Origin: Candidatus Bathyarchaeota archaeon
GTDB taxonomy: Archaea > Thermoproteota > Bathyarchaeia > Bathyarchaeales > Bathycorpusculaceae
NCBI GenBank assembly: GCA_963833575.1
Contig: CAWHXY010000004.1
Location: forward strand, 192,001 to 256,000
DNA length: 64,000 nt
Direction of reading: 5' to 3'
Below the pieces are notes generated by a model. That model was not told the origin of the DNA and made no database searches. It was given only the letters and a program-made list of their open reading frames with translations. Shown here one piece after another: positions 1 to 8,259 of this stretch. Position 1 is the stretch's first letter. Each line of letters opens with the position of its first letter. A program made the position numbers and the translations under genes.

Positions 1-47
1 CTCTTGCGACGAAATTGTATGGGGAGAAGGCGGAGGAATTCCTGTAA
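1..47 (+). CDS. 3' end of an upstream gene (partial; LATKLYGEKAEEFL*), stop overlaps the AOR start
   Basis: Open frame ends in TAA overlapping the ATG at 47 (TAATG coupling). Confidence 0.5.
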   Translation, partial: LATKLYGEKAEEFL

Positions 48-1915
48 TGCTGGGCTATGCTGGAAAGCTCATAGAAGTTGACCTCTCAAATTCAAGCTTC
101 AAAGACTTTGTGGTTCCTGACGAGTGGCTGAGAGACTACATAGGTGGCAGAGCCCTTGCGGCAAAAATCCTCAGTGAACGGCTCTTAAGCAAGTGGGAAA
201 CTGTCGATCCGCTGGGACCTGAAAACCTCTTGTTCTTCATGCCGGGTCAGTTTACGGGGTACTTTCCCGGCGGCAGAACTTGCCTCACGGGCAAGTCGCC
301 TCAGAGCAACGGTATGGTTGGCTCCACTGTCGGCGGCGAATTCGGTGTTGAGCTTCGCTGCGCAGGCTACGACGGCATCATAGTGTCGGGCAAAGCTGAG
401 AAACCTGTTTACCTGTTCATTAAAGACTCTGATGTGGAGCTCAGAGATGCGGGTGGCATCTGGGGTAAAGACGGCAAGCAAACCGAAGCGTTGCTAAACA
501 AAGAATGTAGACAATTGCTAGCTGAGCGGTATCCGCGGGTAGGCGTTTGGAGACAGCCAGCCAAGCTGTACATAGGACCTGCAGGCGAACGCAAAGTCCG
601 AACTTCAGTGGTTATCGCAAAGTGGACTCACGCGGCAGGCTATGGCGGCTACGGAGCAGTCATGGGTTCAAAAAACCTCAAAGCAGTTGCGGTCAAGGGT
701 ACGGGGCCTTTGCCTGAAGTGGCGGACATTGAGAAAGTCAAGCATATGATTAACGAGGCTTGCGAGGGGGCATACGGAAATGTGCTGTGGCGGCGGTGGG
801 GCACCGGCGGGGGCGGCTACAGCTTCGGAGCGGAAACAAGTTCCGAGCCTGTTCGAAACTGGCAAGAAGAGCGGCACGAAGAGAAAAGCTACGGCGTGGA
901 CCAGTTCGAAAGCAAAGTGTGGGTAAAGCCGGCTTGGAGCGACTTTGGCTGCCCCACGAACTGCCTGAAAATCAGCTGCATCCGCACAGGCAAATACAAA
1001 GGCGCCATAACCGACAATCCCGATTATGAGTTGCAGGCTTTTCTGGGTCCAAACTTGGGGTTGTTCACGCCCGAAGAGAACGTTTACTTGTCCTCGCTGC
1101 TTGAAGATCTTGGTCTTTGCGGCATCCAAGGCGGCAGCACACTGGGATTCGCGGCGGAACTTTACCAGCGCAGTATCCTAACTAAGGAAGATCTGGACGG
1201 CATCGAGTTGAAGTGGGGTGATGTGGAAGCTTTCGCAGTGCTCTTAAGGAAGATAGCTTCCCGAGAAGGCATCGGTGACCTATTAGCGGAAGGCACTTAT
1301 CGCGCCGCACTTGAACTGGGAAAACGTAAAGGCATCGATCTCCTGCCCTATACTGTGACAGGCAAGGGCATAAACATTGGAGCCCACGGTATACGAAGCG
1401 GCAGAGACTTCTCACGCGAAATAGGATACGCTTGCAGTGTACAAGGCGGCGACCACACCAGCATGACTGATCTGCCTATTGATGGCTGGGGCAGCGAAAT
1501 CTGGACAATATTCAACGACTCCGCCGTCATGTGCATCTTCACCTCGTTCAACATAAGTCCAACTTATAGATACGATTTCTACACCGCATTAACAGGTCAA
1601 CCTCTGCGACGAAAAGACTGGCTGAACGGCGGCGGAATGAAAACGCTCCAGATACAACGAGCTATGTTACTCCTCGGCGGACCAGACTTAAAGTGGAATC
1701 CATCGGTTGACGATGATAACCCAGCAAGATTCTACGAGCCGCTGCCAACGGGGCCATGCAAGGGACAAGCAGCTGACCACGCAAGGGTGAAAAGAAAAGT
1801 GAAGCAATACTACGAGCAAGCAGGATGGGACCAAAAAGGCATACCTACACAAGAAACTCTCACAAAGCTAAAACTAAACAGTGTAAAGGAGAGCTTAAGC
1901 AGACTGCGTAGTTGA
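47..1915 (+). CDS. aor: Tungsten-containing aldehyde:ferredoxin oxidoreductase family protein
   Basis: GYAGKLIEVDLS N-terminus, KSPQ..GG.FG, GYDGIIVSGKAEKPVYL, GAVMGSKNLKAVAV, C-terminal YYEQAGWD..GIP. Confidence 0.93.
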   Translation: MLGYAGKLIEVDLSNSSFKDFVVPDEWLRDYIGGRALAAKILSERLLSKWETVDPLGPENLLFFMPGQFTGYFPGGRTCLTGKSPQSNGMVGSTVGGEFGVELRCAGYDGIIVSGKAEKPVYLFIKDSDVELRDAGGIWGKDGKQTEALLNKECRQLLAERYPRVGVWRQPAKLYIGPAGERKVRTSVVIAKWTHAAGYGGYGAVMGSKNLKAVAVKGTGPLPEVADIEKVKHMINEACEGAYGNVLWRRWGTGGGGYSFGAETSSEPVRNWQEERHEEKSYGVDQFESKVWVKPAWSDFGCPTNCLKISCIRTGKYKGAITDNPDYELQAFLGPNLGLFTPEENVYLSSLLEDLGLCGIQGGSTLGFAAELYQRSILTKEDLDGIELKWGDVEAFAVLLRKIASREGIGDLLAEGTYRAALELGKRKGIDLLPYTVTGKGINIGAHGIRSGRDFSREIGYACSVQGGDHTSMTDLPIDGWGSEIWTIFNDSAVMCIFTSFNISPTYRYDFYTALTGQPLRRKDWLNGGGMKTLQIQRAMLLLGGPDLKWNPSVDDDNPARFYEPLPTGPCKGQAADHARVKRKVKQYYEQAGWDQKGIPTQETLTKLKLNSVKESLSRLRS

Positions 1916-2011
1916 TTCATTAAGGATTCAGAAAATTCCACAACTACTCTAAAAGTGAGTCCGAAGAAAGCTTTTATTTGTTAGTATGAAAATTATACTT
2001 TCGGTATTGAA

Positions 2012-2302
2012 ATGGGGCAAGAAGAATCTGAGATTGCAATCGTTGGAACAAAGGGTCAAATAGTTATCCCCCAACGATTTCGAAAAGAACTAAAGATAAT
2101 TTCAAAAACAAAACTCATAGTATACCGAAAAGGGGATAAACTTGTGTTAAGCAAGCTGGAGATTCCACCTTTGAGGGAAGAATTAAAAGACCTTTTCGAC
2201 GAAATTGATAAACAAAATAAGGGTAGGAAGATTTCTGACAAGGAAATTTTGAAAGAGATTCAAACTTATAGACTTGAGAAGCTTGCCAAAAAAAGCGCAT
2301 AA
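2012..2302 (+). CDS. AbrB/MazE/SpoVT-family antitoxin-like DNA-binding protein (no toxin downstream)
   Basis: KGQIVIPQRFRKEL motif; AGTAT..ATACT inverted repeat upstream. Confidence 0.85.
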   Translation: MGQEESEIAIVGTKGQIVIPQRFRKELKIISKTKLIVYRKGDKLVLSKLEIPPLREELKDLFDEIDKQNKGRKISDKEILKEIQTYRLEKLAKKSA

Positions 2303-2347
2303 AATGGCTCATGACATGAAAGACGTTGCTTTGTTAAGCCTTATCTG

Positions 2348-2746
2348 CTAAAGCCATATTCGTTTTGTTTCTTCTATTGCATCGAAGTGCGAATCGTCTG
2401 AGAGTATTCTCGCTTGGTTTCTGATTGCGGTGGCAGCGATTATGCAGTCACCAACTGGAATGTGTTTGTATATACTTTTTAGTATGCCTGCTTCCTTCGC
2501 AATTGAAGGGCTTAGACTTTCGATTCTTATTCCACTTGAAATGATTGATTGGTAGATCATTTCTGCTTTTTGCTTGCCCTCTCGTGAGCAGATCAGCTGA
2601 ATTGTTTCACAAACAACAATGGTTGGTATTATGCCGCTACTATTTTTGATTAGCTCTTTAATTTTCTGATTGACTTTCTGTCGAATGATCGGTTCTTGGG
2701 AATAATAGTATTCCACAAAGAATCGACTGTCAAGCACTTGGTTCAC
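2348..2746 (-). CDS. vapC: VapC-type PIN-domain toxin
   Basis: VLDSRFF start, DCIIAATA, LSDDSHF; directly follows an AbrB gene. Confidence 0.9.
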   Translation of the reverse strand: MNQVLDSRFFVEYYYSQEPIIRQKVNQKIKELIKNSSGIIPTIVVCETIQLICSREGKQKAEMIYQSIISSGIRIESLSPSIAKEAGILKSIYKHIPVGDCIIAATAIRNQARILSDDSHFDAIEETKRIWL

Positions 2747-2749
2747 CGG

Positions 2750-2977
2750 TTAGTATTCCTCTCGCAGCTTGTCGATTTCCTTTTTCATTTCTGTCACGTC
2801 TGCGTGACCAGCAAAGATTCCTGCACAATCCTCGATTTTGGGTATGCGTTTGAAGATCACGGCTTGGTCAACAGTTTCAACTGACAAGTCGTCTCCCTCT
2901 TTTATTCCCAGTTCGTTTCTGATTCTGGCAGGTATAGTTGTTTGTCCTTTTCTGGTAACTTTTACTGTTTTCTGCAA
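2750..2977 (-). CDS. vapB: AbrB-family antitoxin (VapB)
   Basis: VTRKGQTTIPARIRNELGIKEGD; 3 nt upstream of the PIN gene. Confidence 0.88.
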   Translation of the reverse strand: MQKTVKVTRKGQTTIPARIRNELGIKEGDDLSVETVDQAVIFKRIPKIEDCAGIFAGHADVTEMKKEIDKLREEY

Positions 2978-3251
2978 CTTAATATTCTCTCAAGTAATGA
3001 ATACTGGTACTACCATATAAATAATTACTAACTCAGTTAAAAATACTACTTCTGTGCATTTAGCCGCATCAGTGCAGCTGGCTAAAGGGATGCATGTATT
3101 TCTTCAAAAATGGTTTTACTGGTAAATTGAGGCTAGTATCCCGTCTCTTTGGGTTCGCAACATACCAATTATATTACTGTTCCATAACGAAACGTGAGCC
3201 AATAGAGTTATATTGACTGGGTAACCTCTCACATTGTAGGAGAATTTTTAA

Positions 3252-3647
3252 ATGACCAATGATGAAAACAAATCCATCGTCCTCAGATTCATTAAAGAAG
3301 TGTTGGGCGGCGGCAATATCGACGTTATCGACGAATTGCTTGCGCCGAATTATACGAATCCGAGCATGGGCGTCACCAACCGTGCGGGTTTCAAGGCTGT
3401 GATTTCCGGTCTGAAGGCCACTGCACCGGCACACGATTTTGAAATTACCGATTTAGTAGCCGAAGGCAATTCGGTCGTCTTTCGGGGCAACATGAACTTC
3501 ACCCTCGCCAACGGGAAAAGGGTCTCCGCCCGAGTTCTCACCTATTACCGTCTAGTTGAAGGAAAGATCATGGAAGATGAACCGATAAGTACACCGCCTC
3601 TGACCGAAATATTAAGTGGTATGATGCCGCCAAAGTCAGGCTCCTAA
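3252..3647 (+). CDS. SnoaL-like ester cyclase / NTF2-fold protein
   Basis: NKSIVLRFIKEV..G.NIDVIDELLAP, DLVAEGNSVV. Confidence 0.85.
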   Translation: MTNDENKSIVLRFIKEVLGGGNIDVIDELLAPNYTNPSMGVTNRAGFKAVISGLKATAPAHDFEITDLVAEGNSVVFRGNMNFTLANGKRVSARVLTYYRLVEGKIMEDEPISTPPLTEILSGMMPPKSGS

Positions 3648-3719
3648 ACTACATCTTCAGATTAGGGCTTAGCGCCGGTTATAAAAAATAGGTCACGGAT
3701 TCCACTTTTTAGTGCTTTC

Positions 3720-3830
3720 CGAACACAATATTATGCCGCCCTGCAAGCTTACGAAAAAGACCACAATCTACGCCCAACTATAGAACTAATGCTAAAACAA
3801 TATCGCTCTCTTAAAAAATTCCTCAAATAA
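3720..3830 (+). pseudogene. C-terminal remnant resembling a Fic-domain protein tail
   Basis: Reads RTQYYAALQAYEKDHNLRPTIELMLKQYRSLKKFLK* with no start; YY.AL..Y is typical of Fic C-termini. Confidence 0.5.
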
Positions 3831-3832
3831 AA

Positions 3833-3863
3833 GGTGACTACAAAACACACAAATGTAGTCACC
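3833..3863. promoter_or_regulatory. Perfect 10-bp inverted repeat (operator or terminator-like hairpin)
   Basis: GGTGACTACA-N11-TGTAGTCACC. Confidence 0.55.
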
Positions 3864-3945
3864 CCACATTCTCTAACCAGTCTTGTTCAGGTTTAGGGAA
3901 GTTTAATAGGTTACGTTTGATATCTAATGTATTACAGTGGGTTTC

Positions 3946-4239
3946 ATGTCTAAAACAATCACCTTAAGATTACCGCCCCAAACAGCAAAGAAACTCCAAG
4001 AAATCGCCAAAAAAGAAGGCAAAGACCGCTCAACCCTTATACGTGAACTTCTCGAAAACGGCGTTAAAGAAAAAAGCTTGGAGCAAGCCGTTGAACTTTA
4101 CCGAACGGGACAGGTTACAGCTTGGAAAGCATCACAGTTAGCTGGAGTTTCGTTGTGGGCTTTCTACAAAATATTAGAACCAAAAGGCATCATCATTCAA
4201 TATTCTGAGCACGATTTAGAGCAAGACTTGAAAGTTTAA
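3946..4239 (+). CDS. UPF0175-family antitoxin with N-terminal RHH
   Basis: TITLRLP..DRSTLIRELL; AVELYRTGQVTAWKASQLAGVS. Confidence 0.88.
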   Translation: MSKTITLRLPPQTAKKLQEIAKKEGKDRSTLIRELLENGVKEKSLEQAVELYRTGQVTAWKASQLAGVSLWAFYKILEPKGIIIQYSEHDLEQDLKV

Positions 4240-4255
4240 GGAGCTAACAGACGCC

Positions 4256-4792
4256 ATGCCACTAACAGTCTCAAACACTAGCCCCATTATTTGGTTTGCA
4301 AAAATTGGCAAACTCAACTTACTCAAAGATCTGTTTGATATAGTCCTGATTTCAGAAGAAACCTACAAAGAAGCAGTCGAAGTAGGCTTGCAAGAAGGAT
4401 ACAGTGACGCGTTGGTCATCAAGGATGCGTGCGACCAAGGATGGATAAAAGTTAATCGGCTTGATGAAAAACAGGTTGCGATTTGTCAGAAAATAATGGA
4501 GCACAGTTTTGAACTTCATGAAGGTGAAGTGAAGGCAATAGTGCTGGCTCGCGAAATTAGTAAGGACACACTTCTGCTAATGGATGACTCTAGTGGTCGA
4601 GCCTTTGCTGAAACATGGAACTTAAAAGTCAAAAGCGTACTCTACGTCATAATCACAGCCATGCGAAACGACTTATTAGATAAAGCTGAAGCAAAAGAGG
4701 CAGTGCTAAATTTAGTGAGCAAAGGCTTCAGAATTGAACCAAAATTTCTGGCAAAAATAATTCACGAAATCGAAAAAGAAAATATGCGATGA
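4256..4792 (+). CDS. DUF3368-family PIN-domain toxin
   Basis: VSNTSPII, LHEGEVKAIVLA, LLMDD; follows a UPF0175 gene. Confidence 0.88.
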   Translation: MPLTVSNTSPIIWFAKIGKLNLLKDLFDIVLISEETYKEAVEVGLQEGYSDALVIKDACDQGWIKVNRLDEKQVAICQKIMEHSFELHEGEVKAIVLAREISKDTLLLMDDSSGRAFAETWNLKVKSVLYVIITAMRNDLLDKAEAKEAVLNLVSKGFRIEPKFLAKIIHEIEKENMR

Positions 4793-4958
4793 GCACTCAT
4801 GCGCAACGCCAGTTGCAGACTTCGTAGTTACTTTATTCAAATACCTTCCTCGGCACTATTTGGGGTGTGAAATACTTCCCTTTCTTCAGCTCTTTTAGAT
4901 TATTTGATAATGCTTTCATTATCGCTCTCTTATTCGTTTTACATGCTGCTGATGAACG

Positions 4959-5180
4959 ATGGAAACTGTTACAGTTTCGAAGAAATACCAAGTAGTTATT
5001 CCCGAAAAGCTGCGCAAAAGTGCCGGCATCAAACCGGGAGACAAAATGGTTGCGATAACTAAACATGGAATTATCCAGTACATACCTATACGCCCCCTAA
5101 AAGAAATAGAAGGCTTTGTCCCTGGACTTGACACAAAAAACCTGCGTGATAAGTCTGACAGAAGTGAAAGAGATTTTTGA
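4959..5180 (+). CDS. AbrB-family antitoxin
   Basis: VTVSKKYQVVIPEKLRKSAGIKPGD. Confidence 0.88.
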   Translation: METVTVSKKYQVVIPEKLRKSAGIKPGDKMVAITKHGIIQYIPIRPLKEIEGFVPGLDTKNLRDKSDRSERDF

Positions 5181-5214
5181 TACCAAGGTCTTGGTTTCTG
5201 TCTTTAGACTGTAG
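5164..5214 (+). pseudogene. N-terminal stub of a PIN toxin (MKEIFDTKVLVSVF)
   Basis: GTG overlaps the AbrB end; resembles the PIN first strand hhDTNVLVSA; stops after 16 codons. Confidence 0.5.
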
Positions 5215-5464
5215 CTTTTTTTCCTTTACGTGTACTAAGTCGCCACACAAGAAGTGCTTTGAATTGAGTCAAGTGGGCTAGTCTCCTTTTCGGGGCATGT
5301 GAGAAATGACCCAAGCGGAAACATTGGAAAAGTGAATTGTTGGTGGCAAATGTAAGTGCAGAATTAGTGCATTACTGATGCACAATTTTATATTTTAATA
5401 ATGCACACACGAGCAAGAATATGGTTTTGCTAAAGTTCCAGAATGTACTTGAAAGTTTTTAGGG

Positions 5465-5860
5465 CTACAGTGTCCTTCGTTTAAGTTCTCTTATCTTATC
5501 GAAATGTGTGTCTGTTGAAACCACAGCTTCTGCTTTCGCAGCAATTGCTGTTGCAGCATGAATAGCGTCTCTTGGAGCTAGACGATATTTTTTAATAATT
5601 TGCAGAGCTGACAATGCTAGATCTCCGTCGGCAGAAATGATTTCTAAGTTAGGAAAGTTCAAGAGCGCTTGGCAAGCTTCAAGTGCAGCTTCAAAGTCCA
5701 GTTTCTTTATCGCCCAAAATACTTCATCGAAGGTTAATGCAGATGTTTCTGCTTTTTCTTCTCCTTGTTGGATTCTTTGAAGCAAAGATCTTGCTTTTTC
5801 TCCAGGTTCTTTGGTGTTTAAAGTTGCGTAAATAAATACGTTGGAGTCAAGATAGATCAT
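5465..5860 (-). CDS. vapC: VapC-type PIN toxin
   Basis: IYLDSNVFIYA, PRDAIHAATA, STDTHFD. Confidence 0.92.
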   Translation of the reverse strand: MIYLDSNVFIYATLNTKEPGEKARSLLQRIQQGEEKAETSALTFDEVFWAIKKLDFEAALEACQALLNFPNLEIISADGDLALSALQIIKKYRLAPRDAIHAATAIAAKAEAVVSTDTHFDKIRELKRRTL

Positions 5861-6105
5861 TAAGGATTTCTCGCTTTAAGTTCTTCTTCGTATTGATGGG
5901 GGTTTATTTTCTTGTTGTAGTTGATTTGTTTGGCTATTTTTTTGAAAACTGCTACTGCATCGAAACTTGGTTTCTCTAAAATTAGTTTTCCGTCTTCTAG
6001 TTTGAATAACACTTTGGAGCCAGGATTAATTTTAAGAGCTTTTCGCATTGTTCTTGGAATGACAACTTGCCCTTTTGGTCCAACTTTCATCTCTTCCTCT
6101 ATCAA
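5860..6105 (-). CDS. vapB: AbrB-family antitoxin (VapB)
   Basis: VGPKGQVVIPRTMRKALKINPG; stop/start overlap with the PIN gene. Confidence 0.9.
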   Translation of the reverse strand: MIEEEMKVGPKGQVVIPRTMRKALKINPGSKVLFKLEDGKLILEKPSFDAVAVFKKIAKQINYNKKINPHQYEEELKARNP

Positions 6106-6170
6106 ATTCTCACCTTAGGTTATACAAAAGTAGGTCATGGATTTATACTTTTTAGAAGGCTCTTTTGTAG

Positions 6171-6482
6171 CCGCCGGAGAAGTCAAAGAAATACTTCAAA
6201 ACAAAAAATGGATTTTCTGTTACAAGCTCTCAGGTTGACAGGTTCATTTCGATTCTGGTCAAAAAGGCAACGATAGTGTCAGTGGCCTCCATTCCCAAGG
6301 TCATATTGGAAGATCCTGACAACGATGTAGTCTTCACCACTGCTCGCAGAGGAAAAGCAGATTACATAGTTAGCGGCGACAAGCACCGCCTCAAAGTGGC
6401 TTGTTATATGAAGATTCAAATAGTATCAGTAAATGAGTTTACTCAAATTATAGTCAGACACGGTTCTAAATTTGGCAGGTAA
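6171..6482 (+). pseudogene. C-terminal two-thirds of a TIGR00305-like PIN toxin, lacking its N-terminus
   Basis: Frame open from 6171: ..GFSVTSSQVDRFISILVKKATIVSV..EDPDNDVVFTTA..GKADYIVSGDKH. Confidence 0.75.
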
Positions 6483-6534
6483 AGGGTTCAGAATTGAGCC
6501 AAGTTTCATCTATTGGCAGTGATATATGCTGGAG

Positions 6535-7797
6535 CTATTTTAGCAGCCATTTCCATGCTGGTAAGACCTTAATGATCTTGCCGTTTCGTTCAATATTGTT
6601 TTCTTCGTTGAATGTAACTACCGTCAGTGTGTTGCAACTTAGCTTGTCGCTTGCTTCAAGAAGGGAGTTAATTTCTCTTGCGTATGTATCTGGATCTTTT
6701 ATGCTATAGCTGACTTGGATGAGTTCGCATGCCCTATTTTCCTCGGTTATTACAAAATCTATGTCTGAGGAATTTGTTTTGTAGTAGTGAATGTTTTTGT
6801 TTTTTCTAATCAAATTTACAAGAATGGTGTTTTCGAGTTTTTTTCCTTTGTCTGAATCAAAAAGACCTAAAATTCCAGAGTCTGAAACGTAAAGTTTTGG
6901 TTTTGTGTTCCTTTCTTTAATTTTTCTAGAATAAGGATATATCAGGAAGAAAAGAAATGCTGATTGAGCGTAATTAAGGTAATTAAGAGCCGTTACGCTA
7001 CTGATTTTTGTTCCTTGTTGCTCGAACCAATTGGTTATGGCTGGTAGTGAAATGTTTCTGCAAGCCGAACCGAAAAGTGAATTGATAAATGCTTTAAAGA
7101 CTGCGGTCTTTCGAATGTCATATTTTTCTATGAGATCTCTCTGTATCACAGTACCGTATAATTCAGTCAGTAGCAAATGTTTTAAAACGGAGTCTTTATT
7201 TTTTGTTATCTCCGGATATCCTCCAAATTCAAGGAACTCATTCAAGGCTGCGACTACTTTGCTGATCTCTTCTGATTTCATGTATTCTTTTGGCGTAATT
7301 TTCTCTGACCTTAAGTACTCCTTGAATGAAAAAGGCAGAACCAAAGTGTTAACCGCTCTACCGCGAAGCTCGGAGGGTAATTTATCTAATGTCAAGTCTG
7401 AAGTTGAGCCTGTTATAAAGATTTTATATTTTTGTTCATCAAAGAGCGTTCTTATCCATCTTGACCACTCGGGAAAAGTCTGCACTTCATCAATGAAAAG
7501 ATAAATGTCCTTTTTCGTTATGGGTTTATAAATAAGGTAAATGGCTTCCTCCACCTTGCTGAGATCGTTTACTGTTATCCCTGCAAAGTCTATATCCTCA
7601 CAATTGACGAATACTTTGTTACTTTTCTCAATGTCGAGGCTTTTCATGTACAAGAGCATCAAGGATGTTTTGCCCGATCGTCTTGGCCCTATTACCGCGT
7701 TAATGAAATTTCCATTTCGCAAAACTATGTCTCTTTCAATTAATTCTATAGTTTTTGGATAATCTACATATCTTGTAAGTGCTGTTTCGATGTTCAT
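6535..7797 (-). CDS. AAA+ superfamily ATPase (AAA_14 + DUF4143)
   Basis: GPRRSGKT, FIDEVQ, ITGS, GGYPE, PKLYVSDSG, DIDFV, LIQVSY. Confidence 0.92.
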   Translation of the reverse strand: MNIETALTRYVDYPKTIELIERDIVLRNGNFINAVIGPRRSGKTSLMLLYMKSLDIEKSNKVFVNCEDIDFAGITVNDLSKVEEAIYLIYKPITKKDIYLFIDEVQTFPEWSRWIRTLFDEQKYKIFITGSTSDLTLDKLPSELRGRAVNTLVLPFSFKEYLRSEKITPKEYMKSEEISKVVAALNEFLEFGGYPEITKNKDSVLKHLLLTELYGTVIQRDLIEKYDIRKTAVFKAFINSLFGSACRNISLPAITNWFEQQGTKISSVTALNYLNYAQSAFLFFLIYPYSRKIKERNTKPKLYVSDSGILGLFDSDKGKKLENTILVNLIRKNKNIHYYKTNSSDIDFVITEENRACELIQVSYSIKDPDTYAREINSLLEASDKLSCNTLTVVTFNEENNIERNGKIIKVLPAWKWLLK

Positions 7798-7939
7798 GTT
7801 GCCGTTTACCCCATTAATAATAGGTTCTAATTTACTATTTTAACAAATTAACTAATTAGCATTTTGCTATTTATTATACGCCGCCGTAGAAACTTTATTT
7901 TCAAAAGAGTTTTGCGTAATTAGAATGAATCCTTGTTAT

Positions 7940-8090
7940 TCAGGCTGGGATTAATCTGCAACTTTTTTTCTTCATATTTCATGACGAATTGTTTGCGTTC
8001 TTCTGAATTAAGCCATACCCTAAACTGCTCCAGCTCCTTTGCTGATTCTAAATCTTGGATTTCGAGTTGGTGTATCTCTAAAATACCTTA
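7940..8090 (-). pseudogene. Degraded paralog of the 11689..12147 ORF
   Basis: Reverse strand reads LEIHQLEIQDLESAKELEQFRVWLNSEERKQFVMKYEE; DNA TTCTGAATTAAGCCATACCCTAAACT recurs almost identically near 10721. Confidence 0.6.
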
Positions 8091-8259
8091 ACATGACTCC
8101 GTTTTTACGTTTCGTCAAAATATCCGAAACAAACGTTGAGCAAATTCTTAGGCGTAGTTGAGAGAAGCATTAAGGAACATCTCGAAAAAGCAAACAGATG
8201 GATCAGCAGTGGCAATTTTTCTATTTGAAAAAATAAAAAAGGAGTGAAGTTGACGATGA

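Noticed and set aside
3053-3105. Hairpin TGCAT-TTAGCC..GGCTAA..ATGCA as an ncRNA
   Set aside because: Single short imperfect stem with no recognisable family features
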